Below, piece by piece: positions 19,578-28,585 of a DNA stretch of 64,000 nt. The position numbers were made by a program, and so were the translations under genes. The notes beneath the pieces are model-generated. The model did not search any database and was not told where the DNA came from. It worked only from the letters and a program-made list of their open reading frames with translations. Numbering within the stretch: position 1 is the stretch's first letter; each line of letters starts with the position of its first letter. The DNA comes from a virus, in IMG/VR virus record IMGVR_UViG_3300036884_000495, positions 32,001 to 96,000 of that record; one strand, 5' to 3'.

Positions 19578-20973
19578 GGGAGATGAGCCCGGCGACGTCT
19601 GCCGCCGCCTTATTCACTTCCGCAGCATCCTTCTTCTTGGTAAGCGCTCGCGCAGGTTTGGCGCCTTTCGCTTCCGAGCTCGCTGCATCTACTTTCAGCG
19701 CGGCCTCCGCTTCCTTCTCGGAGAGCTCGCCGTAGTAGCCAAAGTTGACTGCAGGCATCCCATAGATGCGCAGCCCTCGCAGCTTGTATCGGCGGCTGGC
19801 GCCACCCATAACAAGTGCGAGCGTATTCGCGCCCTTTTTCCACTCGTTGACGATACGAATCAACATCGTGGCGTCTTGGGCAAGAGAGTCAGAGAACGCC
19901 ACTTCCTCGGTGTTCGCCTCCTCGTTCTTTGCGGCTTCACGGTTCGCTTGTACGGTGGCGATGACGGGGATCTTCTTGCGCAGAACCAGTTGGCGCATGG
20001 CGCGACTGACACTGGCGACGCGCTCGTTGTTCTTCTTGGAGCCACTCGCGTCGCTCATAAGGTACATGCCATCCACGAAGATGGCGTGCGGTTGGTACTT
20101 CTCGACTTTCGATTCGAGCCAGGCGACCGTGTCCTGCCCTTGCTTGACGTCCTGCGCGGACAGGCACACGACTACCTGCTGCAGTCGCATGCAGTCCAAG
20201 AAAGACAGCACGATAGCGAAGTTGGCGCGCTCTTCGGGGGTCAGGCGGGCGCCTACGAAGTTCTCGTAGGACACCCCCGCAAGTAAGCAACCAATGCGTT
20301 CGAAGATCTCGTCGGCATCCATCTCCTTGGAGTAGATCAACAGACGGTAATCGGCGCTGGCGTTGATGATCGTGGCCGCCACATAGCAAAGTATCCACGA
20401 CTTCATACTTTTCGGCCTTCCATAAAATATGATATAGTCTGTACTCCGTACGCCGAGCGTGGCCTCTTGTAGGGGCGGCCATGGCCATGGGAAGACGGAG
20501 ACGCGCTCCCCCTTCTCTGCACCGCAGTAGTCGCCCCATACGCGCTCCATCGCGTCGGCGATATGCACGTCCACCTTCTTTGGTGTGCACTCGTTGCGAA
20601 GTCGTGCGGCAGTCTCCTGCAGCATGCTCACAGCATCTACGGGCGCGGAATCTATCAGCTCGTTTGCAGCAACTATGAGGCGCTTGCTCTCGACTCTGAT
20701 CCTATCTAGGCGCACCTCGTGGCATAGGGCCTCGGTGGTCATCGTAGGGTCGTCGCAGAGATGAAAGTGGGGGAATATCTGCTGTAGCGCGTTTGGTCCC
20801 CACACGCTGCCGGCAGTCTCTGGCGCCGAGTGGTACGCGATGATTTGTGTGTAGTAGCCCTTTGGCTCCCCCATCGTGAAGTCATCGGGCGTGATGCCCC
20901 ACTGGATGACGCGGTTTAGGTCACCGCTACGAACGATCCGCGCGACCAGCTGATGCTGAAATGAGTAGGACAT
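19570..20973 (-). CDS. dnaB: DnaB-like replicative helicase
   Basis: Walker A variant YGRPKSMKS, SKEM, IFVDGMYLM, VQANR and SDSLAQDA. Coupled to the primase gene. Confidence 0.88.
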   Translation of the reverse strand: MSYSFQHQLVARIVRSGDLNRVIQWGITPDDFTMGEPKGYYTQIIAYHSAPETAGSVWGPNALQQIFPHFHLCDDPTMTTEALCHEVRLDRIRVESKRLIVAANELIDSAPVDAVSMLQETAARLRNECTPKKVDVHIADAMERVWGDYCGAEKGERVSVFPWPWPPLQEATLGVRSTDYIIFYGRPKSMKSWILCYVAATIINASADYRLLIYSKEMDADEIFERIGCLLAGVSYENFVGARLTPEERANFAIVLSFLDCMRLQQVVVCLSAQDVKQGQDTVAWLESKVEKYQPHAIFVDGMYLMSDASGSKKNNERVASVSRAMRQLVLRKKIPVIATVQANREAAKNEEANTEEVAFSDSLAQDATMLIRIVNEWKKGANTLALVMGGASRRYKLRGLRIYGMPAVNFGYYGELSEKEAEAALKVDAASSEAKGAKPARALTKKKDAAEVNKAAADVAGLISHA

Positions 20974-21086
20974 CGTCAATCACTCTTTCACTAGTAGGCA
21001 CTTCCAGCGCCTGCCGTGTTTTATGTTGTTGATCACGGCGCAAGTTGTAAGGAATATGACATCTACTAACTTCTCCAAGATGGTTA

Positions 21087-21133
21087 TGCCCCACTCACCC
21101 CGGACCTTTTTGCGATCCGAGGTGAGTGGGGCA
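21087..21133. repeat. Long inverted repeat / hairpin in the intergenic region upstream of helicase-primase
   Basis: TGCCCCACTCACC (21087-21099) pairs perfectly with GGTGAGTGGGGCA (21121-21133), with an inner CGGA/TCCG stem. Confidence 0.85.
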
Positions 21134-21144
21134 ACGTCGTGTTG

Positions 21145-21483
21145 CTAGAAGCTGGCGACGCCGTCGTCGGAGAGGAACTCCCCTAGACCTGCGGGTGCCT
21201 CTCTTCTCTTTGCCGTCGGTTTGCCAGGGGCGTCAGGGACGTCAGTACCGCCCTCGAATACAACCCGCGCGACATCCTGCTCGAGGCTTTGAATCACCTG
21301 ACGTATGAGCGCCGTGGTTTCCTCGCTCCAGACGTTGCCCCCGAAGGTCAGGCGGGACTTCGTACCCAGTACGGGGTCTGTGAGCGCGATTACAACGTGC
21401 GTCTCCGTCGGGTCCTTTATGAAGTCGAGTTCCAGCTTCACAAGGGATAGGCGCGTGAGCTTGCTGATTCCGTCGATGGACAT
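21145..21483 (-). CDS. Hypothetical protein
   Basis: 112 aa, in operon, with phage-typical codon usage. Confidence 0.65.
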   Translation of the reverse strand: MSIDGISKLTRLSLVKLELDFIKDPTETHVVIALTDPVLGTKSRLTFGGNVWSEETTALIRQVIQSLEQDVARVVFEGGTDVPDAPGKPTAKRREAPAGLGEFLSDDGVASF

Positions 21484-21487
21484 TCGC

Positions 21488-21808
21488 CTATCCTACCGGT
21501 GGGAGTTCGAGGGCGTCCGCGGCTTGGTTCACCAGGCGCTTTGCGATGATGAAGGCGGCCTCGGAAGTGAACGAGATACAGGCCTCCGTGCTCGGACAGG
21601 GGCACGTAATTGTAACGGTTACGCGTGCCCGTGAATAGTCCGCAGAAGCAGTAGAGAGTGAGAACGACACGGAGGCCGGGGCGGCCTCCTGTTGTATGTG
21701 CGCAAGTTTCGCCATCTGCGCGAAGGGGTCGAAAGCTAACGGCCCGCCCTGTACTTCAGGAGCCATGCCGTATCTCTCGAACATGGCACGCCAGGTAGGC
21801 TCCGTCAT
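21488..21808 (-). CDS. Hypothetical protein
   Basis: 106 aa, ATGA-coupled to the upstream gene. Confidence 0.6.
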   Translation of the reverse strand: MTEPTWRAMFERYGMAPEVQGGPLAFDPFAQMAKLAHIQQEAAPASVSFSLSTASADYSRARVTVTITCPCPSTEACISFTSEAAFIIAKRLVNQAADALELPPVG

Positions 21809-22233
21809 GGCAGGCCCACCGACTTCGGCGTGTGGTACATCTGCGTTTCTGAGACGGTCTCGTCCATAATGTTCTGGGGTACGAGACCTTGCGCGGCCGC
21901 GAGTTGCAGCTTCTTCGCGTCGACTTTGTACGCCACTGCGAAGGCAACGGAGCCGCCTACGGTGATGTACAGGGGGCGCCCCAGCGCATCGTGTAGTGCC
22001 TTGCCATCTACGGCAGGTCTCTTCGAATAAAGATCAAAGTCGCCGCAGGAGACCTGCTGCGCGCGTACTACCTTGTCCGCGGCTTCGAGCTTCTGGTTGT
22101 AGTCCTCAACGAGCTGCATGAGCATGTCGTAGTAGGCGCTGTTGGCTGCTTTGAACTGCATCAGGCGCTGCTTTGCCTGATCAAAGGCAACTACTTCTGG
22201 GATGGCGGATGTGGGAACAACGTTGTGGCTCAT
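21805..22233 (-). CDS. Hypothetical protein
   Basis: 142 aa, abuts the UDG stop, GGAG RBS. Confidence 0.7.
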   Translation of the reverse strand: MSHNVVPTSAIPEVVAFDQAKQRLMQFKAANSAYYDMLMQLVEDYNQKLEAADKVVRAQQVSCGDFDLYSKRPAVDGKALHDALGRPLYITVGGSVAFAVAYKVDAKKLQLAAAQGLVPQNIMDETVSETQMYHTPKSVGLP

Positions 22234-23103
22234 TCAATACTCCTCGTCGCTGGAGGCAGCGGCGTCGATTTGTTCCATGCTTACGGCTTCACCGGGTAGC
22301 GTCTCGCCGAAGACGACGCGTACATATTCGTTGTAGACCTTGCGTACGTTAGTCATCCCCCTCGCGAATCGATCCTTGGGGCTACCGAGTGCGTTGTCTG
22401 CGGCGCTGCGCAGAACGAAGGAGGGGTGAAGTAACGGGATGACTGGGTACTCCACGACGTCTTGTTCGGTGTTCGCGACCCACTCTTTGCGCACCCGGTG
22501 GTGCCAAACACCTTTCGGAGTAAGAACGGCTTTGAATCCCGCGCCGGGTAAGCGCAGGACAGTACCGGGTTCTCCAGAGGCGTCTGCGCGTAGGTCCCCA
22601 GATTCCATGAGGATCTTCACAGGCCGGCCCAGGATTGTCTCCGCGGCGGCGCCCCCAAGGGTCACGATGAGGATTGGGTCGACTGTGTAGATCTCTTGAT
22701 GTAGTCGGTCGAAGCAGGCCGCCCGCTGCTTGGGGGTGGGTGCTTCGTCTTGATCTACGGGCGTTGACTTGCCGTTGCGCGTGCTAAAGCGCTGATGGCC
22801 CTCGTTATCGTATTGGTAGGCGAAGCTACGGCAGCTCACGGTATTCGTGATGTAAAAGTGGTGCAGTTCGATCTGCTTGAGGATGGTGCGTAGAAACACC
22901 CCACTCTTTCCAACAAAGGGGCGCCCCTCGGCGTCCTCTTCGCGGCCAGGGCCTTCGCCAATAAACATAACCCCACCGGGGGTGCCCTCGCCAAAGACGA
23001 AGGCGCCGCCAGTTGATTGTCGTACTTCACCGAGATTGCAGGCAGTGCATGCCTCCCACTCCTGGCGAAGTACAGTCAGATTCTTTCGTGCATCAGGTAA
23101 CAA
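22234..23103 (-). CDS. Family 4 uracil-DNA glycosylase
   Basis: CTACNL, VFGEG, FIGEGPGREEDAEGRPFVGKSG, YITNTV.C, LGG.A and HPS. Likely TTG start 23103 behind AAGGAGG. Confidence 0.9.
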   Translation of the reverse strand: MLPDARKNLTVLRQEWEACTACNLGEVRQSTGGAFVFGEGTPGGVMFIGEGPGREEDAEGRPFVGKSGVFLRTILKQIELHHFYITNTVSCRSFAYQYDNEGHQRFSTRNGKSTPVDQDEAPTPKQRAACFDRLHQEIYTVDPILIVTLGGAAAETILGRPVKILMESGDLRADASGEPGTVLRLPGAGFKAVLTPKGVWHHRVRKEWVANTEQDVVEYPVIPLLHPSFVLRSAADNALGSPKDRFARGMTNVRKVYNEYVRVVFGETLPGEAVSMEQIDAAASSDEEY

Positions 23104-23548
23104 GTTTCGGTCCTCCTTGCGGGATCGTTTGTGCCACCTGGATGCCTGCCTTTTTCGCACGCGCATGCAGCATGGCCGCGAGGACGCGATCGTATAGCTC
23201 CTTGTAGCGCGCGCCCTTGTCTTCCATGTCCGCGAACAGCCGCAAGTTCGCAATCTGGTACACGTTGATGTCGACCGTGCTGTCTTCCTGGTCTACGGGC
23301 GTGCACGTGGCTTGGTAGCCTTCCTGCAGTCCGGGGCCTTGGGGTGTCATCGCGGGGATAAGGACTGCGTTGCAGTGCAGTTCGATGGCGTCGTACACGA
23401 CGCACGGAACAACGTCGCGTGTGAGCGCGATGCCATCCTCTTCGTAGATCCGCATGGGAGCAATACGACCGACAAGGCGGCGAGTGCCGCTGTCGACTAT
23501 TGCCCAAACAAGTTTGTCGTCGCCTGCATTTTGTTCTTTGATCGCCAT
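23093..23548 (-). CDS. Hypothetical protein
   Basis: 151 aa in operon. Confidence 0.65.
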   Translation of the reverse strand: MAIKEQNAGDDKLVWAIVDSGTRRLVGRIAPMRIYEEDGIALTRDVVPCVVYDAIELHCNAVLIPAMTPQGPGLQEGYQATCTPVDQEDSTVDINVYQIANLRLFADMEDKGARYKELYDRVLAAMLHARAKKAGIQVAQTIPQGGPKLVT

Positions 23549-25266
23549 GTGTCGGGAAACCCTATGAGGACTGGTTCATACGGTCCGCCCGCCTCAGTAG
23601 GCCAGGACCGCAAGTGGTTTATCAGTTTACGGGCCATGCCAATGACAGGGCCGATGTTGTCTACGACAGCTAGAAGAACAGGTTGCTTCTTCCCAGGAAC
23701 GGGCCGTGTGGGCCGCCCTATGAGCTGCTGTAGTGCATTCGAATCAGAGAACAGCGACGACAGGATGACCGTGTCGAGGCGTGGGTTGTTCATACCCTCC
23801 TTGCCGTACTTCATGATGGAGAAGATGATGTCGCGTTCTTTTATGAACTTCTGGCGCGTGGCCGGCGGCACCGACTCTGTAAGCATGCCCACGTGCTTTA
23901 CTTCTTTCGTGAGCTGTTGGATGTACTGGCGCTGTCGCTTGGCAAGTTCGTTGTCAAGCTTTACGGCAACTTCGTGTTGCTTTAGCGACTGCAGGCATAG
24001 GTTCAAGGAAGCCTGTAGGGTGGCCGTGTCCGGCCCGCCTGCCGCCTTGGTGATCTGCGCATTGAGTGCCGCTATCTTTCGCTCAAGCTTCTCGCGGTCT
24101 CTCTTTTGCAGCAAGATTGGATTGAGCTGCTCTCCGATATCGGCGAGCGTGGGGAGGGGGATGTCTGTGTACAGCGGGTGTCCCGGGCGTTCCCAACAAG
24201 TAGCTAAGTTGACGATTTCTGCGACGCTGTTTCCAAGTAGCATCACCGTACGCCCGACGGCATGCGCCTCGTGTACAAGACGTAGCATTTGGTTCATCCG
24301 CTCTGGCCACTGCCCGTTGTAGGACGTGAGCTTCGAGAGGTGTACTTCTTGGTTGATGTCCATGACCTTGCCAGCCACCAGCGGGTCACGGAGATTGAGT
24401 TCGAGACCCGTCCACACGAAGCCGAAGGACGGCTGCATCAAGGGAGCCAAGTCTTTGATCAAGACAGGGCCTATGTGGCCTTCGGATAGAACATGCAGAC
24501 CGTCAGAGCGCTCTGGAGTTGCTGTCAACCCGTAGCGCGCTCCGTAGAACATGTCCGCGGTTTTGGAGAACATAGGCGCCGGACAGTGGTGCGCCTCCTC
24601 CCAGAAGATCTGCCCGAACCAACGGCGCGCTTCTTCTGGGATGGTGTCCGCCCAGTTGGCGATGGAGTGGTATGTGGCGAGTACGAGCCCCTTCTGCCAC
24701 TCCTTCTTTCCCTGGCCGAAGATGCCCACACCACCAGGCACGTCGAGGAGGGCCTCTACTTCGCCCATCCACTGGTGCAGAAGGTTGGTGTTGTCGATGA
24801 TGACGAGCGCGGGGACGCGCCCTTGTGCGATCTTCTCAAGGGCGATGACGGTCTTACCTCGTCCACAGGCGAGCTGTACAATACCACCGGGTGCACCGAG
24901 CATGGCATCTAGACTGCGCTGTTGGAGCGTCTCCCCCGTGGGCATCAGCACCTTCTTTCCGTCCACTAGCTGCAGTCGGTGATCGAGTTTGATTCGACTT
25001 TTGAAGTCGATGGTTTGGTGCGTGCGCGGGCGGCAATCGATCACGCGGCATGGAAGGCGCGTGGGGTCCCAGTGGTTCCGAGGAAGAAGCAGATGGTGCT
25101 GCGATTCTTTCCATAGGTAAAGAAGCCGCGTATGGCCTTCACCATACGCGGACGCGATCTCGTACGTGAGCGCGCTCTTTACGCTGTTTTGATCGACGTA
25201 CTTCTTGGGCACCCATAAGAACCTATCCAGATAGGCGCATTCTGGGTCCCTTCTTACAATGTACAT
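23497..25266 (-). CDS. Superfamily 2 (DExH, UvsW/XPB-like) helicase
   Basis: LACGRGKT, EEAHH, GLTATPERSDG, KEGMN.PRLD and QLIGR, with a helical insertion between the RecA domains. Confidence 0.88.
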   Translation of the reverse strand: MYIVRRDPECAYLDRFLWVPKKYVDQNSVKSALTYEIASAYGEGHTRLLYLWKESQHHLLLPRNHWDPTRLPCRVIDCRPRTHQTIDFKSRIKLDHRLQLVDGKKVLMPTGETLQQRSLDAMLGAPGGIVQLACGRGKTVIALEKIAQGRVPALVIIDNTNLLHQWMGEVEALLDVPGGVGIFGQGKKEWQKGLVLATYHSIANWADTIPEEARRWFGQIFWEEAHHCPAPMFSKTADMFYGARYGLTATPERSDGLHVLSEGHIGPVLIKDLAPLMQPSFGFVWTGLELNLRDPLVAGKVMDINQEVHLSKLTSYNGQWPERMNQMLRLVHEAHAVGRTVMLLGNSVAEIVNLATCWERPGHPLYTDIPLPTLADIGEQLNPILLQKRDREKLERKIAALNAQITKAAGGPDTATLQASLNLCLQSLKQHEVAVKLDNELAKRQRQYIQQLTKEVKHVGMLTESVPPATRQKFIKERDIIFSIMKYGKEGMNNPRLDTVILSSLFSDSNALQQLIGRPTRPVPGKKQPVLLAVVDNIGPVIGMARKLINHLRSWPTEAGGPYEPVLIGFPDTWRSKNKMQATTNLFGQ

Positions 25267-25279
25267 GGTTCTTCCGAAC

Positions 25280-26041
25280 CTAGCCGCCCCACGGAAAATG
25301 GTCCATCATGTTCGCCGCGGTCCAGAGCATCCCCTTCAAACCTGCACGCATCATGCTGTTGCACACCATGGGCAGTAGCTTGCCGTTGTAGGGTTCTGGC
25401 ACCGTGAGATACGCGGGGACTTGTGCGCCCATTTGCACGTGGTTCTGTGGAACAAACGCCGGCATGTGTGCCTGCGCGGGGTCCACCATGTACGTGGGCA
25501 TTTGCTGTTGCGGATACATCGCCTGTGGCTGCTGCGGGTAGGTCGCCTGCGGTACACGCGGTGGTTGCAGCACAGGCTGCGGTTGTTGTACTTGCTGCTG
25601 CGTTATCGGCTGTTGTACTTGCTGCCGGGCGGCGAGTTGTTGTTGCAGGTCCGCTTGTGTGAACGACCTTTGGGGTTGCTGCAGTGGCACCATTGTGGGC
25701 TGCGCGTACTGTGTGGGCATCGGCCGCATTGGTGCAGACGGTAGCGGGGCGCGCGGCAGCTCCCCTATGATTGGCGGAAATCCCACTGTCCTTGTCTGGT
25801 TCAATTGTGTCTCCTGACATGCCCTGTAGTGAGAGCACTGATTTCGTATTGAGCTATTCCCTGTCCAGAATGTTGGGTCTTCCCCTCCTTTGCATTTCAC
25901 GTTTGTGTCGCTGTGTAGCTGTCCGAAGCAGACAGGCCCCGTCCACCCACAGTAATTGCAACGGCTCTCCTCCGAGCCGTCGCTCTTGGCTGTGATGTAA
26001 ACAGTGCTGCATCTGCAGCTCGGACACAGTTTGGTTTCCAT
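25280..26041 (-). CDS. Zinc-finger protein with Q/P-rich low-complexity region
   Basis: CPSC..CNYC..C..C..C..C N-terminus and an AAGGAG RBS. First gene of the minus-strand operon. Confidence 0.7.
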   Translation of the reverse strand: METKLCPSCRCSTVYITAKSDGSEESRCNYCGWTGPVCFGQLHSDTNVKCKGGEDPTFWTGNSSIRNQCSHYRACQETQLNQTRTVGFPPIIGELPRAPLPSAPMRPMPTQYAQPTMVPLQQPQRSFTQADLQQQLAARQQVQQPITQQQVQQPQPVLQPPRVPQATYPQQPQAMYPQQQMPTYMVDPAQAHMPAFVPQNHVQMGAQVPAYLTVPEPYNGKLLPMVCNSMMRAGLKGMLWTAANMMDHFPWGG

Positions 26042-26080
26042 GTGTCTCCTTGGGGCTAGGTGTGCTTGCCTCCATTTCTC

Positions 26081-26087
26081 TTATGCC
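26081..26087 (-). promoter_or_regulatory. GGCATAA motif, candidate phage-specific promoter
   Basis: The same 7-mer on the same strand also occurs in intergenic DNA at 21084-21090 and 41794-41800, each followed by N6-TG. Confidence 0.55.
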
Positions 26088-26120
26088 CGACGCTTCGCTA
26101 CTCTTTCTACTGCGTGATTG

Positions 26121-26129
26121 TGCTACTTT
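26121..26129 (+). promoter_or_regulatory. Extended -10-like element (TG-C-TACTTT) upstream of the head/portal operon
   Basis: Lies 12 nt before ATG 26142 in the divergent intergenic region. Confidence 0.4.
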
Positions 26130-26141
26130 GAGGCGAGGCCT

Positions 26142-27743
26142 ATGGAAAAGATCAGCGGTTTAGTCCTGGATGTATTCGACGACCCCAGTGGTCACGTGCT
26201 CAAAAGTCTCTACCCGAAGGCGTCGGATCTCCCGGAGAACGTGAAGACGGCATCGGTCGTTTCGCGGGATCAGCTTGATCAGCTCCCTGACGACGTCTTC
26301 GCCCTTGTTTTGCACCAGGGTGATACGACCCTGAGAAAGTATGCCTGTCTTGACAGCGGGCACACGCTGCTGAACATCGGCTACTTCATAATGAATCACG
26401 AGAAGCTGCCTTTGGAGGCAATCAAGACAGCGGCCTCGAATCTTGTTACGGCCTGTCATTGGTACGACATCGAGCCACCAGAGGAGCTGAAGAAGCTCAG
26501 TACAGGGAACATCGATGTCATCGGCCGCCAACGCATCTGGAAGGATACGGACGGCACGACCTACGGCCATGACAACGCCGGCTGGGATCTACACAAGACC
26601 GCTGATGTTGTGGGCACTGCGGATATGCCGAACGCCTTCGGCTTGGACGATCTAAAGAGCCGCCTGAAGACGCCTCTATCCTCGCCCAAGACCGCCGCTG
26701 ACGGCATGACGAACTTGGTGGATACGGACGCCGCCACGAGGGGCGACGAGGATACCATCCTCGAACAAGCGTTCGCCATCCCCGGTATGAATCCTGCGGC
26801 GTTTCCGCAGGTGAAGACTACGCTTAGCCCGCATGTGGACGTGACAAACAAGGAGCCGCCGACGCTCATCGAAGAAAAGAAGGCGAGCTACTACGCGCTT
26901 CCCTACGAACGCCGCTACCCGCTCGATAGCTACGCGCAGGTGAAGGCCGCAAGCGCGTACTTCGACGAATACCAGTGCATGCTGGCCCCCGACGATCGGC
27001 ACACGTTCGCCGTCAACCTTCTTCGTCGCGCGGAGCCTCTGGAGATCTCGGTGAGCGATGCGGTACAGAACTACGGGCAAACGAAGTACGCGTCGGCGGA
27101 GCACCTAGAGGTGTGTGTCGGCCAGCGCATTCAGCTTCTTGTACCTCTTGCTGACGGCTTCAATGTGCTGTCGAAGATCGCTGAGATTGTGCCTACGCAC
27201 GCGCACTTCAAGTCCATGGGCTTGAACGACGCCGATTCCGCGGACATGGCAACCAATTGGCACAAGCTGAAAGCGCATTTGACAGACGCCGATCACCAGA
27301 GCTATCAAGATGCTTTCAAAAAGCACGATGCCTCAAAGACCGCCAGCGTACATGCACTCGGTTTGTACCGTGACTTACTCGTGCAGCGCCCCCTGCTGGA
27401 CCCGGAAGTCTTCGCGCGCACCCTCGGCGAAGTCGATAAGGTAGCCGGCCTCGACGAGTTCTGGGACCACGATGTCATTGACCCCTTTGCATCGACGTTT
27501 CACAAGGCGGCGGAAGAGGACGGCACGAAAGACGCACTCGTCGTGGGTAACGAGTACATGAGCCTCAAGGCGCTCAAGTACTTCGTCATGCAGAAGCCTG
27601 ACGTCCTTCGCCGCAAGTTCAGCGAGGAGTTCGTCAAAGAGTTCCAGGCGGACCCACAGGGCATCTTCGAGTCATTGCCCATCGACCAGAAGATGGTCAT
27701 CATGCGCATTGTGAATACAGCCAATGAAACAACTGCTACATAG
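26142..27743 (+). CDS. Putative head-associated protein rich in K-x-A motifs
   Basis: Upstream of the portal. Contains VKTAS, IKTAA, HKTAD, PKTAA, EKKAS, SKIAE, SKTAS, DKVAG and HKAAE. Confidence 0.65.
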   Translation: MEKISGLVLDVFDDPSGHVLKSLYPKASDLPENVKTASVVSRDQLDQLPDDVFALVLHQGDTTLRKYACLDSGHTLLNIGYFIMNHEKLPLEAIKTAASNLVTACHWYDIEPPEELKKLSTGNIDVIGRQRIWKDTDGTTYGHDNAGWDLHKTADVVGTADMPNAFGLDDLKSRLKTPLSSPKTAADGMTNLVDTDAATRGDEDTILEQAFAIPGMNPAAFPQVKTTLSPHVDVTNKEPPTLIEEKKASYYALPYERRYPLDSYAQVKAASAYFDEYQCMLAPDDRHTFAVNLLRRAEPLEISVSDAVQNYGQTKYASAEHLEVCVGQRIQLLVPLADGFNVLSKIAEIVPTHAHFKSMGLNDADSADMATNWHKLKAHLTDADHQSYQDAFKKHDASKTASVHALGLYRDLLVQRPLLDPEVFARTLGEVDKVAGLDEFWDHDVIDPFASTFHKAAEEDGTKDALVVGNEYMSLKALKYFVMQKPDVLRRKFSEEFVKEFQADPQGIFESLPIDQKMVIMRIVNTANETTAT

Positions 27744-27751
27744 GCGGCCCA

Positions 27752-28585
27752 ATGCCTACCAATTTCTTCCCGGAGCCCGGCGGCCCTGAAACGAAAGCCG
27801 TCGAACAAGTAGCTGCGCGCGGTACAAGCGAGGAAACGCCGAAGACCATCGCACGTCTTGTGAACGCACCCTTGGACGGGGAGACGACGCGCGTAAAGGA
27901 AACCCTAGAACCGCGCACGCATCTGGATGTCAAGCCGGCCCCGCGCATCCCCGCGGGCATGAACCTATTCCAGCACCCGGACGCCCACCCATTCGCCTTG
28001 GATGTCGCGCTGATGAAGGAGTACGGGCCAGAGTGGCTGGAGTGGGAGATGCCCTTGCTCGCCGCGAAGGTCCGCATGGACTTCAAAACACAGAGCATCA
28101 GCACCCTGAACATCGACAAGATCCAAGCGGTGAAGACGCTGCATCTCGTGGACACCTTTTGGTCGGAGTGGCTTGTGTTCAATCCGTGCACGCAGGCGCT
28201 GTCTGGTATGCATGCGGAGTTTCGCGTGCTGAGCGCGCCCACGGTGCCCCAGGCGATGATTGCGGTGGACATCGCGGCGAAGTTGCGAAGTGACCTGCCC
28301 TACAGCCTTGAAGTCAAAGGGTTCTTGTCGGCGGTTCACATTCACGATGGCATGCTTGTACCCATCGATCCGCTCGCCGATTTCGTGGAGGTGGACGCTT
28401 CCCGCTATGATGTGGATGTCGCCCGCGTACGGAAGCTTTGGGAAGGCGTGCGCGCCGCGAACAAGGCGCCCAGTGGGATGACGCCAGAGAACGTACAGCT
28501 ACAACGAATGCTCGAGGCGCATAACATCCTCGAGGATAGCCGGCGGCAGCTCCGCGATCAGCTGCCACTCTTGTACCATGATTGA
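27752..28585 (+). CDS. Hypothetical (virion-operon) protein
   Basis: 277 aa, between the K-x-A protein and the portal. Confidence 0.7.
   Translation: MPTNFFPEPGGPETKAVEQVAARGTSEETPKTIARLVNAPLDGETTRVKETLEPRTHLDVKPAPRIPAGMNLFQHPDAHPFALDVALMKEYGPEWLEWEMPLLAAKVRMDFKTQSISTLNIDKIQAVKTLHLVDTFWSEWLVFNPCTQALSGMHAEFRVLSAPTVPQAMIAVDIAAKLRSDLPYSLEVKGFLSAVHIHDGMLVPIDPLADFVEVDASRYDVDVARVRKLWEGVRAANKAPSGMTPENVQLQRMLEAHNILEDSRRQLRDQLPLLYHD

Noticed and set aside
19495-24322. Long plus-strand ORFs (19495-20286, 23312-24322)
   Set aside because: They are antisense shadows of the helicase genes, typical of high-GC codon bias, with no RBS or motifs.
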